A DNA stretch of 64,000 bases, taken from Arsenophonus sp. NEOnobi-MAG3 (GTDB lineage: Bacteria; Pseudomonadota; Gammaproteobacteria; Enterobacterales; Enterobacteriaceae). The notes below the pieces were generated by a model. It was not told the origin of the DNA. It saw only the letters and a program-made list of their open reading frames with translations, and made no database searches. Positions 60,142 to 64,000 of this stretch are shown here, in pieces. The DNA is taken from positions 2,111-66,110 of the forward strand of contig JBQMRN010000007.1 of the NCBI GenBank assembly GCA_052171895.1, in the 5' to 3' direction. The position numbers and the translations under genes are program-made. Positions within the stretch are counted from its first letter, which is position 1, and every line of letters starts with the position of its first letter.

Positions 60142-61051
60142 AAGTTATGCTCATTTCTGATCTATAGAGTTTCGGAGAGATGGTGGCGTAGTATCCTGCT
60201 GATTGATTTCGTGAACAGTTTTAACAAGAGAGAGATGATATGCCATGAAAAATCTACCACCATACAAGTATCCGCGAATATCCGCGAAACCAGATATTAC
60301 CTCTAACCTCTTGCATGAACTTATCTCTAACGGTTATTTAGTAGAGCAAACTATGCTTATTGAGACTCAGAAGCAAACTTAGCCGAACTTCTCAATGTCC
60401 TTCTGAGCGGCTAGGCTTAACTGTATCTTCCAAGCTTGTTAGGGAAAAACAAGGTACCTTTCGTTTTTTAGAACGCAATAATAAAGATATTCTCAGACAC
60501 GCAGTATCAATGCTATTTGGTATACAAAACAACTAATGTGCTGACTTCACTCTCCAAAGATATGGAATAGAAAATTAAGGCTGAGCTGCACGGGAAGAGA
60601 GGGGGTCTTGTCCGGCCCCCTCTCTGCCTAGTTAGAGACCTGTGATGCCGCTAATAAAGCCCTTGATGTTTTGTTAGCAAGGTTTTCAGCGAGTATCATG
60701 CAGAGATGAAGAAATTGAAAAAAGATCGAGAAGAACTGCTTGCATTCTACGACTTTCTGTTAGAGCGCTAGAAGCGTCAATAAGAATAATAAATCCGATT
60801 GAATCAGCTTTTTTGTAACAGTGAGACTTGAGGCTACGAAGCTAACAGGCAAAAAACTGTAGTTTAAGAAAAACAACCATTTCAATGGTATTTTAGCTGT
60901 TATAGTCTGTTCAGAAAAGCACCGGCTAAGGATTTGACCTGCTGACCTTTGTGTGTAAAGAACGTCTAATTTAAGGATGAAGAACAGATTCACGAAGCAG
61001 CAGAGTGGAAAAATATGGATGACCGCTGTATACCAGATTTACTAATAACTT
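60142..61051 (+). mobile_element. IS256 with internal deletion
   Basis: Both terminal repeats are recognisable. About 500 nt of the N-terminal transposase region is missing at ~60330-60345. Confidence 0.85.
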
Positions 61052-61359
61052 AGTATTCAGAAATCCATGTTGCAGGTTAGTAAAATTTCCTAATAATTAT
61101 TCTCGGTAAATGAGAAAATTTGAGCAAATTCAATGGTTAAAATGATATATGTTTTATAGCAAAATGGACGTCATCTAATGACGGAGTTATCAATCAGCTT
61201 GAAGTCAACTTAGTAGTATTTTAGTCCGAGAGAATACTTTTATTCAATTTATTATAGTGTAATAAATGAGATTGAAAATAATAGTATTAATAGATATTGC
61301 TTAAATATTGAGGTAGTGAATTCCAGCTGACTAATAACGTTGATTTAATTAAATTTTTA

Positions 61360-61640
61360 TAAAATATTAGCTATCATATCTTCAAGTTTATGATGGGAAA
61401 ATTGAATAATTGCTGCTAATGCTTTGTTCTTTATCTGGACTACTTATTTCTATATCGATATAACTACCTTGTTATGAGTCTAGCATCAACATCACTATAA
61501 CACTATCTGCTTGAGCTTCTATATTATGGAAATTGCGTAACAGTACCATAGATTCAAATTATTTGATCAGTTCACAAAGCATTATTATTGGCCTGCCATA
61601 CATAATGATACCTTGCTGGTTTTTATAATAATGCTCTGAT
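61360..61640 (-). pseudogene. npr: PTS(Ntr) phosphocarrier NPr pseudogene
   Basis: G--GRP, VLLRN, EAQADSVI-MLMLDS--G-YI-IE and ALAAII compared with NPr GMHARP...VLLRN...EAEANSVIALLMLDSAKG. Follows rapZ. Confidence 0.8.
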
Positions 61641-61646
61641 AGATGG

Positions 61647-62501
61647 TTATGATTTTCTCTTTTCTAACGTTCGATGACGTGACTGAACATTTTTGCCTCT
61701 TGAGCAAAAGTAATCAGCTAGTTGTTTGGCAACATAAACTGAACGGTGTTTACCGCCGGTACAACCGATAGCAATTGTCAAATAGCTACGGTTATTAGAC
61801 TCTAACATGGGTAACCATAATTCAAGATAACTACGTGTTTGATAAATAAAATTATGAACTTCTGTGTATCGGTCAAGAAAGGCCGCAACAGGGTGATCAA
61901 GACCTGTCATAGGACGTAATTTGGGATCCCAATGTGGATTAGGTAAAAAACGGACATCAAATACATAATCTGCATCGATCGGAATACCATGTTTAAAACC
62001 AAAGGATTCAAATACCATAGTCAATTCACGTTCTCGTTTACCTAATAAACGTGCTCTAAGCATTTCAGCCAGTTCATGTACTGACATTTCAGAGGTATCG
62101 ATAAGTAAATCGGCGCGTAAGCGGAGTGGCTCTAATAGATCATTTTCTTCATCAATAGCATTTTCTAATGATAAATTTTTGCTGGAGAGTGGATGTAGAC
62201 GGCGTGTATCACTATATCTTCTGATCAGTGTATTACGATCTGTATCAAGAAAAAGTAATTGCGGTAAAAAACTAGCCGGTAGATTTTTTAAAGCTTTTTC
62301 AAAAATTATCGGCTTGTATGGCATATTACGAACATCAATACTCACGGCAGCAGAAGTTTGTCGTTCAGCAAGTATATTTGCTAATTTTGGCACTAAAATA
62401 ACGGGTAAATTGTCAACACAATAAAAACCCATATCCTCCAGTGCTCGTAGAGCAACTGATTTACCTGAACCAGAACGCCCACTGACTATCATCAGCACCA
62501 T
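61647..62501 (-). CDS. rapZ: RNase adapter RapZ (YhbJ)
   Basis: [51 protein letters not shown] and [12 protein letters not shown]. Confidence 0.97.
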   Translation of the reverse strand: MVLMIVSGRSGSGKSVALRALEDMGFYCVDNLPVILVPKLANILAERQTSAAVSIDVRNMPYKPIIFEKALKNLPASFLPQLLFLDTDRNTLIRRYSDTRRLHPLSSKNLSLENAIDEENDLLEPLRLRADLLIDTSEMSVHELAEMLRARLLGKRERELTMVFESFGFKHGIPIDADYVFDVRFLPNPHWDPKLRPMTGLDHPVAAFLDRYTEVHNFIYQTRSYLELWLPMLESNNRSYLTIAIGCTGGKHRSVYVAKQLADYFCSRGKNVQSRHRTLEKRKS

Positions 62502-62566
62502 AACTCATATCCATTAAGTTTCTTCAGAATAAAAAAAATTTTTTGATTTAGATTTTTTAGAAACAG

Positions 62567-63032
62567 TTATTCAGTAATGATTTTATAGAATTCTTCATTA
62601 CTTTTCTCAGCACGTAAACGACGACATAGGTTCTTATCAGCTAACCGTTTTGCAATTAAAGAGAGTGTATATAAATGTATTTTATATTTCTGCAAAGGAA
62701 TTAATACTGCAAACAGTAAATCAACTGATTGATTATCAATGGCATCAATAGCAATTTGTTCATCTAAATGGAGAAAAACACCAACTGCGGTGAATGAATT
62801 GTATTTATTTAATTTTCCATGAGGGATTGCAATACCTTCACCGATACCAGTTGTGCCGACTTTTTCACGGGTTAATAATGAGTCAAAAACAATATTTTCA
62901 GGTACATTCAGTGCAATTGAAGCAACTTCACTAATAATCTCTAGTGCTCTTTTTTTACTCGTGCAATGTACATTATTTAGTGTACATGATGGTGTTAATA
63001 TTTAGCTTAATGATAATTTTTTTATTGTTCAT
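62567..63032 (-). pseudogene. ptsN: EIIA(Ntr) gene with lesions only at the 5' end
   Basis: The ATG at 63032 frame stops after 19 codons. The PtsN frame (SKKRALEIISE...TREK-GTTGIG-GIAIPHGKL...DLLFA...KRLADK--CRRLR) is open for ~144 codons to TAA at 62567, but follows an A-run frameshift and an in-frame TAA. Confidence 0.85.
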
Positions 63033-63035
63033 TAG

Positions 63036-63130
63036 ATTTATTCGCTTATGGTAAAATATACCAGATATTCATAATGAATATCTGGTATGAACAATACTGG
63101 CATTGATAATCTATATTTAGTGTCATAGTG
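63036..63130 (-). pseudogene. hpf: collapsed remnant of hibernation factor hpf containing a 31-bp palindrome
   Basis: AAGGGCACACT-ATG ACA CTA AAT ATA resembles the hpf start (GACACT ATG CAG CTC AAC ATT). Position directly upstream of ptsN; only ~95 nt left. ATACCAGATATTCAT-a-ATGAATATCTGGTAT at 63058-63088. Confidence 0.5.
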
Positions 63131-63150
63131 TGCCCTTGTTTTTTAATAAT

Positions 63151-63756
63151 TGTCACTTCCAGGAAGATAGTTGAGTTTTTTAAATAATTCAGATTTAACT
63201 TTGAAGCAATCTTTCGTAGACTACAATGGAGTTTTATTATCCAATACTGATTGGGGTAATTCCTAATTGTACACCCAAACATATTGATGCAGAGTAATCT
63301 TAAGCTCTTGACCAGAATTAAAATACTGGCTTTGCAGCCATCTTCTATATGCCTATTAAACAGTCTAGCATATATATTATTTATTTGAGTATGCCTCGGC
63401 AGTTTAAGAAGTCGCTGCATACCAATCTCTGTATACAAATTCATGAATTCATGTTTCCCAGTGCCTTAACGTTTTCACAGATAAAAAAGGCGGTCTGTAA
63501 ATTCTTTATCATTGTTTATAAAGTAGCAGATGGGGATAGCCATTGGAGATAGAGATGCTCGCTTAAGATCACGATAAGAAGCATTGATCATTATCCGAGC
63601 TCTTGGCTTTATAAAAACGGATAAAAACCCATCGAGTTGTGCGATCTATACCTACGAAAAGATAACGTTGTGAAGTTTCGTTTAGCATTTTCGGAAGATA
63701 TTTAACATCTATGTGCAAATAATCAGGTTCATAACTTTTAAAGGCTTTCTGCTTCA
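63151..63756 (-). mobile_element. IS481 3' part
   Basis: ORF 63569-63757 KAFKSYEPDYLHIDVKYLPKM--ETSQRYLFVGIDRTTRWVFIRFYK. Terminus ...GGAAGTGACA at 63151. Confidence 0.9.
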
Positions 63757-64000
63757 AGTTATTAGTAAATCTGGTATATGGCTGTTATGGCTATTGTTCC
63801 ACTCTGATGCTTCATGAATTTGTTCTTCATCCTTAAATTTGACGTTGTTTACTAACCAAGGTGAGTAGGTCAAATCCTTAGCCGGTGCTTTTCTGAGCAG
63901 ACTGTAGAAGCTTCAATTTCATTGAAATAATTGTTTTTCTTAAACTACAGTTTTTTGTTTGTTGGCTTCGTAGACTCAAGCCTCACTGTCGTAAAAAAGC
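63757..64000 (-). mobile_element. IS256 3' end (runs off window), truncating the IS481
   Basis: AGTTATTAGTAAATCTGGTATAT terminal repeat followed by the transposase C-terminal region. Confidence 0.85.

Noticed and set aside
61052-61355. Possible mtgA or arcB remnant downstream of npr
   Set aside because: Similarity by eye was too weak to support a call.
63046-63444. 132-aa minus-strand ORF first suspected to be an IS200/IS605 Y1 transposase
   Set aside because: The DNA is the 3' end of IS481 read in a shifted frame (colinear with 39300-39671), running into the hpf remnant.

Overview
This is an AT-rich enterobacterial chromosome segment. It is most consistent with a Morganellaceae (Arsenophonus-like) insect endosymbiont part-way through genome reduction; that assignment is an inference. 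Intact genes are mostly housekeeping: yejM; der-bamB-yfgM-hisS; mprA; ompF-aspC; serC-aroA; uppS-cdsA-rseP-bamA-skp-lpxD-fabZ-lpxA-lpxB-dnaE-accA-tilS; rapZ. They lie among many decayed genes (thrB, thrC, proL tRNA-Pro, yejL, yejK, mdlB, mepK, gloC, ansB, a DUF1640-like gene, mog, talB, yaaA, rnhB, rof, npr, ptsN, hpf). About 24 kb (about 37% by my hand-estimated coordinates) is dead insertion sequence from four families: IS256 (about 14 remnants), rolling-circle IS91 (4, including a transposase-less mini-element), IS481 (5) and IS1595 (4). The elements are often nested and none has an intact transposase. The most unusual signal is a set of long perfect or near-perfect palindromes inside pseudogenes (rof, yejL, hpf, yaaA, thrB, IS256). 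In rof, about 60 nt of coding DNA has been replaced by two abutting palindromes made from inverted copies of the flanks, which points to fold-back or template-switch repair. I found no CRISPR array, rRNA, intact tRNA, prophage or defence system. Pseudogene and IS boundaries were read by eye and are approximate.
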